Of a stretch of DNA of 64,000 nt, positions 49,010 to 64,000 are shown in pieces (within the stretch, counting starts at the first letter, position 1; each line of letters opens with the position of its first letter). This DNA is from the human T2T-CHM13v2.0 reference genome, Homo sapiens, in assembly GCF_009914755.1 (NCBI RefSeq), contig NC_060931.1. One strand, 5' to 3'. The notes beneath the pieces are model-generated. The model had not been told where the DNA came from, did no database searches, and was given only the letters and a program-made list of their open reading frames with translations. A program made the translations under genes and the position numbers.

Positions 49010-49050
<41 letters not shown>
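49003..49050. repeat. (AC)n microsatellite, 19 perfect units at 49013-49050
   Basis: Direct reading. Confidence 0.95.
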
Positions 49051-49052
<2 letters not shown>

Positions 49053-49074
49053 GTATACACAGGTATGTAATATG

Positions 49075-49295
49075 CAGTTAGCCTTCTATATTTCTGGGTT
49101 CCTTCAGCATCTGCAGATTCAACCAACTGCAAATAGAAAGGGCAGTACTCGAGGGATGTAGGAACCTCGAATAGAGAAGGCCAACTTTTCATATCTGTGG
49201 GTTCTGCAGGGTGAACTGCAGGACAGTAACTGTAGATTTTGGTATCCATGGGGGTCCTGGAACCAATCCTCTGCAGATACTGAGAGACAACAGTA
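49075..49295. mobile_element. MER8-like Tigger derivative
   Basis: GATTCAACCAAC...GATTTTGGTATCCATGGGGGTCCTGGAACCAATCC. Confidence 0.7.
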
Positions 49296-49396
49296 TATAT
49301 GTACATATATACACATATGTGTGCATGCATATGTATGTGTGCATACACATGTGTGTACATTTTGTTTCAAAGATTACAAATACTTGCTCTATTTTA

Positions 49397-49720
<324 letters not shown>

Positions 49721-49804
49721 GATCCACAAATAACTACAGGTTTTGAAGTAAGGCATTAGAGAAGTTTATATACTACATATATTTGTATCAAAACTCTTTT
49801 CAGA

Positions 49805-50453
49805 TCAGTATATCGAACACGGAAGAGACATCTGCACTCCCATGTTTATTGCAACACTAGTCACAATGGCCAAGATTTGGAAGCAACCTAAGTATCCAAT
49901 GGCAGATGAATGGATAAAGAAAATGTGGTATTTATATACAATGGAGTACTATTCACCCATAAAAAAAGAATGAGGTCCTGTCATCTGCAACATGGATGGA
50001 ACTGCAGGTCATTATGCTAAGTGATATTAGCCAGGCACAGAAAGGCAAACATCACGTGTTCTCACTTAATTGTGGGATCGAAAAATCAAAACAATTCAAC
50101 TCATGGAGACAGACAGTAGAAGGATGGTTACCAGAGGCTGGGAAGGGTAGTGAGGGTGTTGGGAGGAAGGTGGGATGGTTAATGGGTACAAAAAATAGAA
50201 AAAATGAATAAGACCTAGTCTTTGATAGCACAACAGGTTGACTATATAGTCAAACTTAATTTAATTGTACATTTAAAAGTGACTAAAGGAGTATAATCGG
50301 ATTGTTTGTAACACAAAGGATAAATGCTGGAGAGGATAGATACCACATTTTCTATCACGTAATTATTACATATTATATGCCTGTATCAAAGTATCTCAGG
50401 TACCTTATAAATATATACACCTACTATGTACCCACAAAACTTAAATTTAAAAA
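49805..50453 (+). mobile_element. 5'-truncated L1MA 3' end
   Basis: CATCTGCACTCCCATGTTTATTGCA...CTACTATGTACCCACAAAA; TSD CAAAACTCTTTT(C/T)AGA. Confidence 0.85.
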
Positions 50454-51299
50454 CAAAACTCTTTTTAGAACCCTCCTCCTTCATAGAGTTATTATTTTTT
50501 TAAAAAGGTAATTTCTGGTCTAGAGAATAAACACCTGAAGCAGAGAAACCAGGAGGACTACCAGTTCAATACCCACCATTCCCTGTGGGCATCATACAGA
50601 TGGCTTGCTAGGACACTGCCTAGGCTTCATAGGGGATGGTACAACCCCACTCCTCTCCGTGAAGTGTGGAGTGTCAGCAAAGCAAGCCCTTAGCCACAAG
50701 GAGGTAGCTGGCCAGCCCATTCTCAGAAAGTCACTTTAAGCATTAACAAGAGCACAAGGCCTAGTCCAGATTGGCAGCAACCTCCCAGGTTTCTTAGTCC
50801 AAAAGTCTTTTTCGGTACCCTAGGATCAAGAGGAAGAAGTGCATGGTGTGACATTGTGGGCCTCTCTCTGCTGCTAAGATGAGGTTGTTTTCGGCAGTGG
50901 CTGTGATGTCTCCTTAGAGAAACACTTACTAAGCACCACAGAGATGAGAAAACCAGGCCCTTCAGACAGGATGTCTGATGCAGGGTGTCTTCATGGATTC
51001 CTCCTATAGGTTTCATTCCAACTCAAAGATTTTTTTTTTAATTAGGTCTTAATCCACACCTCCATACACACCAATCTTTCCATATAGAGAAGCTGTAATG
51101 CTCAGCCACGCAGACCAAGTCACCCAACCACGCCTCCCAGAGCCTTGTTTAAACTGGCCACATAGTGTTGAATCATTCCACTCCAACTAAGGTTGATTCC
51201 TGTGCTTAAAAGCATTTTACCCCACGGAATTGTTTCCTGTTAGGTAGGCTATCAAATATAATCTTTTAAAAAGCACAGTTTCAAATTTTCCTTTTCTCT

Positions 51300-51440
51300 C
51301 TTTTTTTTTTTTTTTTTTTTTAAAGAGATGGGGTCTTGCCATGTTGCCCAGGCTAGTCTCAAACTCCTGGGCTCAAGAGTTCCTTCCACCTCGGCCTCCC
51401 AAAGTGCTGAGATTACAGGTGTGAGCCACCATGGCTGGCT
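51300..51440 (-). mobile_element. FLAM/Alu left monomer
   Basis: Monomer with T-tail; TSD AAATTTTC. Confidence 0.8.
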
Positions 51441-51660
51441 TAAAATTTTCTATACTTGTCCTTAGAAACGGATTTCTAGCCTTAGAATAAAAAGAGTACC
51501 AAAAAATAAGGGATGACTTGCAAATAAGTGGGAATTCCAAGGACCTGCTTAGAATAACTTTTAGTTCTAGCATCTTTCTTTCTAGAAAGTGCTGGAGGAA
51601 GGAGTTTGCTTGAAACAACCGATTCCCAATGAAAAACCTGTAGGAAAATGACAAAACAAA

Positions 51661-51996
<336 letters not shown>

Positions 51997-52083
51997 TCAA
52001 CTGGAAAAGGACAACTACACATTATTAGTTTTGACAGTCAATAGTTTTAGTATTTTTATGCTGCCCTAATACAGTGATGTCAG

Positions 52084-52121
<38 letters not shown>

Positions 52122-52186
52122 TATATACACACACACATATATATATATACACACACACACATGCACTGTATATACACACACACATA
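52084..52186. repeat. Compound (TA)n/(CA)n microsatellite
   Basis: Direct reading. Confidence 0.9.
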
Positions 52187-52749
52187 CTAATATATGGTAT
52201 GTGGATCTACGCTTCATCAAATTACAAACACTACTCCACAGTCATCATAGTTCATCAGCTAACACTTTAAATGTCACATTATTAATTACAATGATTAAAT
52301 ACAAAACAATTTTCTTCTCATGTGAAAAAAAGCCAATTTATAATAGATTATTCAGATCAGATGAAATCTTCCTCTAGTACTAATAATACCTTGGCAACAG
52401 ATCATTACAGAATAATGTAATAGTTTCATAACTATTACATAATATTTCATAACTGTAATAGTTTCATACGCTAACCCATGAAAATCTTAACATCACACTA
52501 CATAACATGGAAACATACTATGCTGTTCTGGTTCAAAGAATAAATAAGAGAAGGAAAAATGATAACTTTAGGTAGCAGGACTAACTTCTGTGTTCTGGAA
52601 ACGGTTATGGTTAACAAACTGAAGCTCTTTGGGGCTAAACAGGGGTTCAAATACCAGTTTGATTTTAGTGGCTGGTATTCAGGTTCCCAGAAACGATCAC
52701 CTCCACTTTGGGCTATGTCAAATAAACAAGTGCTAAAAGATAATAAAAA

Positions 52750-52930
52750 TATACCATGAAGCCAAACAGCTCTGTGACCTTCAATTTCCTCGTCTGTAAA
52801 ACAAGGTGAACAATATCTACGACTCATATAAAAGGTATGAAGATAAGATGATACGTACTCAGGATTAGCAGTACCAGAATTTAGTAAGAGGTTGTTTAAC
52901 AGATGTTAGCTATTAGAGCTATGATTATTA
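52750..52930 (+). mobile_element. MIR
   Basis: CTGTGACCT..AATTTCCTCGTCTGTAAAA...ATGTTAGCTATTA. Confidence 0.6.
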
Positions 52931-53232
52931 AATAAAAGAACTTATGATAAGAATGTTCTCTGCAGGACCCAATGTCTGCTGTACACTATATTTAGTTCAA
53001 TAATGAAACACAGCAGAGTCTCAACAGCAAACCCTGAGTGGTACAGTGACTGGCTTCCCAGGGCAGACACCAGGAACTGGTGGGGCTGCCATACCTGGGC
53101 AGGGTGGATTTGCTGGCCAGGTGCTGGAAGAGCAGCAGCCCTGGGAGTGAGCACATGCTTTATTTACAGAGAAACCCAGTTAGTTGGATGCTTCAGCATA
53201 AACCATAAAGGCTTTAAAAAAAAAAACTTTTG

Positions 53233-53631
<399 letters not shown>

Positions 53632-53679
53632 CTAAAAATCATACTTTAGAAGGGTGAACTTCTTCTTTCTCTCTCTCTG

Positions 53680-53999
53680 TATGTATGTATGCATGTATTC
53701 ATTGATTCATTCATTCATTCGAGACAGGGTGTCACTCTGTCACCTAGGCTGGAGGGCAGTGACACAATCATAGCTCACTGCAGCCTCGGCCTCTTGAGCT
53801 CAACTGATCCTCCACCTCAGCCTCCTGAGTAGGTGGGACTACAAGAATGCCTTAGCACACCTGGTTGATTTTTTTTTTTTTGGTAGAGAAAGGGTCTTGC
53901 TATGTTGCTCAGGCTGGTCTCAAACTCCTGGGCTGAAGCAATCCTCCCACCTTGGCCTCCCAAAGTACTGGGATTACAGGCGTGAGCCACCACATCCTG
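53680..53999 (-). mobile_element. AluJ
   Basis: Antisense with (TATG)/(ATTC) microsatellite tail. Confidence 0.85.
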
Positions 54000-54172
54000 A
54001 ACTTTATGATATGTAAATTATACCTCAATTATAAAAAAACACATGGGCATGGAACATTTGTCTCCTGATTTCCAGGATTCTGAGTTTTTATACAGTTGAG
54101 GGAGGTTGGGAGCCCTTGGCGGAATGAAAAATGGCTACCTGTATCTTTGACAGCTTCCGCTTCCTGGCCTAG

Positions 54173-54554
<382 letters not shown>

Positions 54555-55136
54555 ACCTTTTATTTATCTATTAGCACTTGTTTACTCCACCTAGCCCAAG
54601 GTGAAGGTAATCATTTCTGGGAACCTGAATACTAGGATGCATGAATTATTATATTAATTCTATTTTTATTAAATGCATACTACAGGCAAAGCACTATCCG
54701 GGGCACTGAGGATACTGCAGGGAATAAGAAAATGTCTCTGCTTTCACAGTTGAAAGGAAATAAAAACCAATAACATGCAAGTCTGGTGCTGATGCTGCTA
54801 TGGAAAAAAACAATCAAAGAGGGATGGGCAGTGCTGCTGAGGAGGGATATTATTTTCCACAGGATGAGGAGGGGCTAACTCTCTGATAAGGTGATATTTG
54901 AGTGGAGTCCTGAAGGAAATGAGAAAACAAACCATATCAACATAGAGAAGCCCATTACAGGCAGAAAGAATGAATTCTAAGAGTCTAGACAAAGGCAAAC
55001 AGCCAATGGAGAAATGGGCAAGGTATGGAAAGGCTATTAAAGACATGGCCAAACACAACAAAATGCTCACCCACTCCTGGGAGGATTATAAAATAAAACC
55101 TCAAATCAGACTGGCAAAACCTAAAACCCTGACAAT

Positions 55137-55672
55137 GGCCAGGCATGGTGGCTCACACCTGTAATTCCAGCACTTTTTTTTTTTTTTTTTTTTTTTTTGA
55201 GATGGAAACTCGCTCAGCCGCCAAGTAGCTGGGACAACAGGCGCGCATCATCACGCCCAGCTAATTTTTGTATTTTTAGTAGAGACGGGGTTTCACCATG
55301 TTGGTCAGGATGGTCTCGATCTCTTGACTTCATGATCCGCCTGCCTCAGCCTCCCAAAGTGCTGGGGATTACAGGTATAAGCCAACGTGCCCGGACAATC
55401 CCAGCACTCTTGAAAGCCAAGGTAGGAGGATCACTTGAGGCCAGGAGTTTAAGACAAGCTGGGCAACATAGTGAGACTCCATCTGTACAAGTTAAAGAAT
55501 CAAAAAAATTAGCCAGGCATGGTGGTGCATGGCTGTAGTCTGAGCTTCTTGGGGGACTGAGGTGGGAAGATTACTTGAGCCCAGGAGGTTGAGACTGCAG
55601 TGAGCCGTGATGGCACCACTGCATCCAGTCTGCCAATAGAGCAAGATCCTGTCTCAAAAAACAAATAAAATA
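55137..55672 (+). mobile_element. AluJ (host), split by an inverted Alu
   Basis: Head at 55137-55175, remainder from 55397. Confidence 0.85.
55175..55396 (-). mobile_element. AluSc-like with right-arm deletion, nested in AluJ
   Basis: TSD AAT(T/C)CCAGCACT. Confidence 0.85.
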
Positions 55673-56403
55673 GAATCAACAACTAACAAGACCAAGTATT
55701 CGTGAGGATAGAAAATAGAAATTTAATGCAGTAGTCTCATAAGTATAATCATGTAGGACAGGCTACGGCGACAAAAATCTAATCAAGTTCAAGTTTAAGA
55801 TGTACATATCCTATGATCCAGCAACTTCCAACCACAGGTTAGTTCCGAAAGAAATTATTGCACATGTGCACAAAGAGACACTCTCAATAATGTTCACTGC
55901 AGAGTTAGAAACTGTGAAACAATCCAAATGCCCATCTGTAGGAGGATGAATTTCTCCTACATCAGGGAATATTTACAGGATAGAAGGCTACATAGCAGTT
56001 ACAAAGTCTCAAAGGCTAAATATAACAATGTGAATACGTCACGAGCATACTATCAAACAAAAGAAAAACAGGTTGCAGGGAGGAAGAAATGAGGGAGGCT
56101 ACTATTTAATGGGTATGAAGTTTCATAGTTTGGGGGAAACAATGGGGAGATGAAACAGCTCTGGAGATGGATGGTGGTAATAGTTGCATATAATATGAAT
56201 GTACATGATACCACTGAACTGAATACTTTAACATGGTAAAAACGTAATTTTTTATTTTTAAAAAAATGGTCAAAAATTAAATCAAGTTGCATAAGGATAC
56301 ATATAGGGTTACATTATTATATAAAGTTTTAAAATATGGAAAACACTATGCTCTGTTACTTACGGAGTTATACATAAGAGTGAAGTATAAATATGGAATG
56401 ATA

Positions 56404-56680
56404 GGCCAGGAGCAGTAGATCACCTCTGTAATCCCAGCACTTTGGGAGGCCAAAGCGAGAGGATCACTTGACGCCAGGAGTTCGAGACCAACCTGAGCAA
56501 CACAGTGAGACCGTATCTCTACAAAATGCAAAAATTAGCCGGGCGCAGTGGCGGACACCTATTGTCTCTAGCTACTTGGGAGGCTGAAGTGGGAGGACTG
56601 CTTGAGTCCAGGAGTTCAAGGCTGTGGTGAGCCATGATCATACTGTGGCACTCCAGCCTGGGCAACAGAGCAAGACCCTG
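56404..56680 (+). mobile_element. AluJ lacking its A-tail
   Basis: Ends GACCCTG, directly abutting MLT2A1. Confidence 0.85.
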
Positions 56681-57262
56681 TGTGATGGTTAACACTGAGT
56701 GTCAACTTGATTGTATTAAAAGATGCAAAGTATTGCTCCTGGGTGTGTCTGTGAGGGTGTTGCCAAAGGAGATTAACATTTGAGTCAGTGGACTGGGAAA
56801 GGCAGATCCACCCCTCAATCTGGGTGGGCACCATCTAATCCACCCCTCAGTCTGGGTGGGCACCATCTAATCAGCTGCCAGTGCAGCCGGAATAAAAGCA
56901 GGCAGAAGAACGTGGAAAAACTAGACTGGCTGAGTCTTCTGGCCTTCATCTTTCTCCCGTGCTGGATGCTTCCTGCCCTCGAACATCAAACTCCACGATC
57001 TTCAGCTTTTGGACTCTTGGACTTACACCAGTGGTTTGCCAGGGGCTCTCAGGCCTTTTGGCCACAGACTGAAGGCTGCAATGTCAGCTTCCCTACTTCT
57101 GAGGTTTTGGGACTTGGAACGGCTTCCTGGCACCTCAGCTTGCAGACGACCTATTGTGGGACTTCACCTTGTGATAGTGCGAGTCAATTCTCCAATAAAC
57201 TCCCCTTCATATGTACATCTACCCTATTAGTTCTGTCCCTCTAGAGAACCCTCATTAATACA
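56681..57262 (+). mobile_element. MLT2A1-like ERVL solo LTR
   Basis: TGTGATGGTTAA..CTGAGTGTCAACTTGATT... through CTCTAGAGAACCCT..TAATACA. Internal 32-bp tandem duplication. Confidence 0.85.
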
Positions 57263-57574
57263 ATATGGAATGATAAACACCAAACATGAAATACTGAAGA
57301 CGATATGGAACGATAAACACCAATTACAGGATACTGATTCCCTCTGAAAGAAAGAGAAGGAAAAAGAAGTATGATAGAAATGAGGTCCACAGAGACTGCA
57401 AATGAATTTGTAATATTTATTTCTTAAGCTAGACTATAGTTACAGTGGTACTTACTATCTTATTCACTGTATCTTTTCATATGTATAAAATATTTAATCA
57501 TATACACAAAAATGATAGTAGAGGGCATCATTTTGTAAAATTCAAACAAAATTACCTACTGTAATGTTTCTAGG

Positions 57575-57740
57575 TGTTTTTGTCTAGACCCTATAAGGTA
57601 GGCACTGTTATTTACCCCATTTCACAGGTGAGAAAAGTGAGTCCCTTGCCCAAAATTACACACACAATAGGTGGCAGAGCCAGTGTCCAAACCTTGGTAG
57701 CCTTGTTTCAGAGACCCAAGCTTTCAATTACTAAACCAAG
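57575..57740 (-). mobile_element. MIR
   Basis: CCCCATTTCACAGGTGAGAAAAGTGAG...TTGCCCAAAATTACACA. Confidence 0.6.
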
Positions 57741-58147
57741 CAGGTTGTTGGGAAATAACAGAATATACACCAAGAGGAGATCGGATAAATGCAATTTGCT
57801 CGTTCACCAAATACTTATGTGGCAATCATGTGTCAGTCACCGTGTTAAGGGCTTTGAATACCACAGTGAACAAAAAGGCATAACACACATCTTGCCTTCC
57901 CTAGGGGACCTTACAATTCAGAGCAAGGACGATTAAATAAGCAGTCACACCAACCCCTGCTGTCCTGGGTGGTAAAAGAAAGCACAAGTACCCTTCACCC
58001 AGAAGTGCCCAATGCAGACTGTGGGAGGGGAGGGAAGGAGTTAGGGAAGGCTGCCAAAGATAAGACTTGTGAGGCTATTTGTTAAATCCATATTAAAAAA
58101 ATATTATCCAGACAGTAAGAAGAGTGTTGGAGTGTTATATTTACTTC

Positions 58148-58733
<586 letters not shown>

Positions 58734-59752
58734 TATAATTACTTATATAGAAAGATATGACACTCTGTTAACAAAAAAAAAAAAGTAGAAATCAACACAC
58801 AGGGCATCTTCTGGGAATGGAACAGCACATATATCAAGTTTCAATACGTAGTAATGATAGCTTATCAAATCTGTACTTTAAAGATGGTTCATCAATAAAT
58901 GGTACTTGGGAATGACATAAAAATGAATGCTAAGTTATATCCCAACTGGATTAAAGAGTTGAGATTTAAACAACTGGGCTAGGAAAGAACCAGAAAATAT
59001 ACATAAGAATTTTTATATCCTAAGGGTCTAAGCATGACACTAAAAGGAGAATTCACAAAGACAAAAATTACTAGGTCTTAAAGAAAAAAGCTGTGAGCCT
59101 TATACTATCAGATTTTACAACTTAAAATTAACCCCTGCGAGCCTTCTAGTTTCCAATGCAGCAAGAAAGTTGCTTGGAAGTCATCACTGTGTCTTAACAA
59201 GTAAAAAGCTGAACAAATTGAAAAATCAACAACTGTTCTTAGATCCATCAGAGAAGTGAGGTCACAGGGCAAACCTGCTGTCCCCATAATTGGAGGGAAA
59301 AACAGGCAGGCACAGAGAATCACAACTTAACAGGAGCAGAAACCTCCACAGAGACCAGCGCCAACACAGGGAAACTGAACTGTAATTGACGAAGTGCTGG
59401 AGGCTCAGTGTGGACAAGTCTGACACATAAAAATTCCAGACAGATCCAGTCATTAGGGGCCCTACACTTTTGTGAGTTTTACCTACTGGAGCTCTGCCAG
59501 ATTCTCACAGTGAATATACAGGGGGAAATCCCTTGTGCTTCTGGTAAGGGGAGGGAAACAGGAACCATTTGACATGTGTCAGAGCATTGTGTTGATAACA
59601 AGGTCTGCTCTCAGGAGAACCGATTTAACCAGAACCTAACTTGCTTGGTTTTATCAGAGCCTAACTAACCAAGTGGAAGAGAAATACCCAACTCCAGCCA
59701 GCACCGGCCTTCCATGTAAGAAAAGGGAAATAGCCAACTGCAGCACACTCTA

Positions 59753-60205
<453 letters not shown>

Positions 60206-61385
60206 TCACATTATTAAAGGTCTAGTGAGAGCAGTTCCTTTTACCCAGGATATCACATTCAGTAACAAGAAGTTACAAGGCACACTAAAAGGCAAAAAGC
60301 AAAGTTTAAAGAGATAGCACAAGCATCCAAACCAGGCTCTGACACGGCAGGGATGTTGGGATAACCCGACCAGATGCAAAGGGCTCCAGTGGATAAAGTA
60401 CACAGCACACAAGAACAGATGGACAATGTAAACAGAGATCAAAATCCTAAGAAAGAACAAAACCGAAATGCTGGAGCTCTAAAACACTCTAACTTTGGAA
60501 ATGAAGAATGGCCTTGAGACTAGACATGGCTGAGGACGAAATCTCTGAGTTTAAGGATTCTCAACAGAAACCTCTAAAACTGAAAAGCAAAATGAAAAAA
60601 GACTGAAATAAACCAGAATGGAATATTCAGGAGCTGTGGGATAACTACAAAGGGTGTAATGTATGTGTAACAGGAATACCAAGAGGAAAACAAAGAGAGA
60701 AAAGAACAAAAGTAGTATTTGAACAAATAATGACTCAGGATTTCCCCATGTTAATGTCAGGCCCCAAACCACAGTTTGTCAGGAGGCTCCCACAACACCA
60801 AGTAGGATAAATGCCAGAAAAACTATAGATAAGCATGTAAGTTTCAAACCACAGAAAATCAAATATTTAACAAAATCCAGAAAGAAGACAGAGGGAAAAA
60901 AGCCTTATCTATAGAAAAGGAAAGAATGATTTCAACTTCTACCCAGAAACCATGCAAGCAAGGAGACGGCAGGGTGAAATATTTAAGTACTGAAAGAAAA
61001 AATCACCACCTAGAATCTGCACCCTATGAAAATGTCCTTCAACACTGAGAGAGAAATACTTTTTCAGACAACCGGAAACTGGGGGAATTTGTTGCCAGTA
61101 GATCTTCCTTGAAAGAAATGTTAAAAGAAGCTCTTCAGAGAAAAGGAAAATGATATAGGTCAGAAACTCAGATCTAAGAAAAGAAAGGAAGAACATCAGA
61201 GAAGGAGTAAAATAAAAATGTTTATTTTTCTTATTCTTAATTCATCTAACAGATAGCAATTTGGCCAAAATAATAAGATAGCAACAATATATTGATTATG
61301 CATGCCTATGTATAAAGTAAAATGAGTGATGGCAATGATACAAGGACAGGAGGGAAGAATCAGGATTATTTTGTTATTGTAAGGA

Positions 61386-61724
<339 letters not shown>

Positions 61725-63709
61725 TCAGGAAGAAATATAGTGTTCTTTGAAAATGGACTTCAATTACTGGTAGACCTATATTACAAACTCTAGGGAAAAC
61801 ACTAAAAAAAAACAAGTGAAGTATGATTAATATGCTAAGAAAGGAGAGAAAATGGAATCATATTTAACATACTCAAAACCACAAAAGAAAAAATGTGGAA
61901 TACAAAAATAGAAACAAAGAACAAGACCAACAAATAGAAAACATTAACAAATACAGTAGATGTTAATCCAACTATATCAGATCCCCTGAAATGTACGTGA
62001 TATTGTTGCAAGAACAGACAAATAGACCAAAGGAACAGAATACAGCGCAGGAAAAGAGTCACACAAATGTAGTCAACTGATCTTTAGCAAAAGAGAAAAA
62101 AGTAATACAATGGGGAGAAGATAATTTTTTTCAACAAATAGTGCTGGAACTAGAAATCCACATGCAAAAAAAAGAATCTAAACGAACACCTTATATCTCT
62201 CCCAAAAATTAACTCTAACTGGATTACAAAATTAAATGTAAAAGGCAAAACTGTAAGAGTTCTAGACGATAACACAGGAGAAAGTCTAGATGACCCTGGA
62301 TTTGGAAATAACTTTTTAGATAGCAAACCAAAGGCATGACCCATGAGAGAAAAATTTAGTAAGTATTAAACATTTTTGCTCTGCAGAAGACACTGCCAAG
62401 AGATGAAAAGACAAGCTACAGACTGGGAGAAAATATTTGCAAAAGACGTATCTCATAAAGGACTCCAAAATATACAAAGAACTCTTAAATCTCAACAATA
62501 AGAAAATGAACAACCCAATTAAAAATGGGCCAAAGACCATAACAGACATCTCTTCAAAGATATATGAATGGCAAATAAGCATATGAAAAAATGTTCCACA
62601 TCACCTGTCATCAGGGGAATGCAAAATGAAACAACAGTGACAGAAACTCTCATCCATTGCTCATGGGAATACAAAATGGTACAGCCACTTTGGAAGACAG
62701 TTTGGCAGTTTCTTAAAAAACTAAACAATACTCTTATGAAACTACCCAGCAACTACATTCTTTGGTGTTTACTCCAAGGAGCTGAAAATTTATATTCAAA
62801 CACAAACTTGCACACAGATGTTTATAACAGCTGTGTTCAAAAATTGCCAAAACTTGGAAGAAACCAGGATGTCCTTCAGTAGGTGAATAAACTGTGGTAC
62901 ATCCAGACAATGGAATATTGTTTAGCTCTAAAAAGAGATGAACTATCCATGTGAAAACACATGGAAGGAACCTTAAATGCATATTGCTAAGTGAAAGAAG
63001 CAAATCTGAAAAGGCTACATACGGTATGATTCCAACTATATGACATTCTGGAAAAGGCAAAGCTACGCAGACAGTAAAAGATCCATCCATGGTTGCCAGG
63101 GATGAGGGAGGGAGAGATAAACAGGCAGAGTACAGGAGATTCTTAGGGCAGTGAAACTACCCCATATGACACTGTAATGGTGGATACATGTCACTATACA
63201 TTTGTCCACACCCACAGAATGTACAACCACAACAATGAACCCTAATGTAAAATACAGACTGTGGCTGATAATGATGGATCCGTGTAGGTTCATCAGTTAT
63301 AATAAATGTGCCACTCTTGTGGGTGATGTTGATAAGGAGGTAATGTATGCATGCATGGAATAGGGGGGATATGGAAAATCTCTGGACCCTCTGCTCAATT
63401 TTGTTTTGAGTCTAAAACTGCTCTAAAATATAAAGTCCATTAAAAAAAAATCCAGACCCCCTACCTTATGCAATACCCCAAATTAATCTCAGATGATTCA
63501 CAGACCAAATTGAAAAATAATAATAACAACATTTCTGAAAGAGGAAAACATAAGAAACTATCTTCATGACCTTGGGGTGGGCAAAGATTTCACAAATAGG
63601 ACAGGAAAAGCACTAAACATATGCTTTTTTAAAAGTGATAAACTAGACTTTGTTAAAATGAGGAGCTCTGTTTATCAAGCAATATTAAGAGTTTAAACTG
63701 GCAAAGACA

Positions 63710-64000
<291 letters not shown>

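Noticed and set aside
56780-57244. 154-aa ORF
   Set aside because: Entirely within the MLT2A1 LTR; a chance open frame.

Overview
Primate (almost certainly human) genomic DNA. It contains one 111-bp, phase-0 coding exon on the minus strand (5415-5525, QQRTVYRLMLVKAWNVDELQAYAQLVSLGNPDFIEVK) from the radical-SAM tRNA wybutosine enzyme family TYW1/TYW1B. TYW1B is favoured because of the minus-strand orientation and Met at a usually-Thr position. The rest is intron: about 5.4 kb downstream and at least 58 kb upstream. It holds about 56 Alus, nested old L1, L2 and MIR fragments, solo LTRs (MER66-like, MST, THE1, MLT2A1, MLT1), DNA transposon fossils (MER20, MER33, MER58A, MER2, MER8) and microsatellites. 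None of the supplied six-frame ORFs looks like a real gene. I found no evidence of a new multi-gene system. The best observations are small-scale: a tailless U2 snRNA 5' retrocopy with a 15-bp TSD, a CpG-decayed tRNA-Ile(TAT) 5'-half, an exact 33-bp templated-insertion scar copied from 3.5 kb away, an Alu+MLT2A1 composite enclosed by one TSD, nested or inverted Alu structures, and a repeat-poor island with paired PBX-HOX motifs. Repeat subfamily names are recalled from consensus sequences, and their boundaries are approximate.
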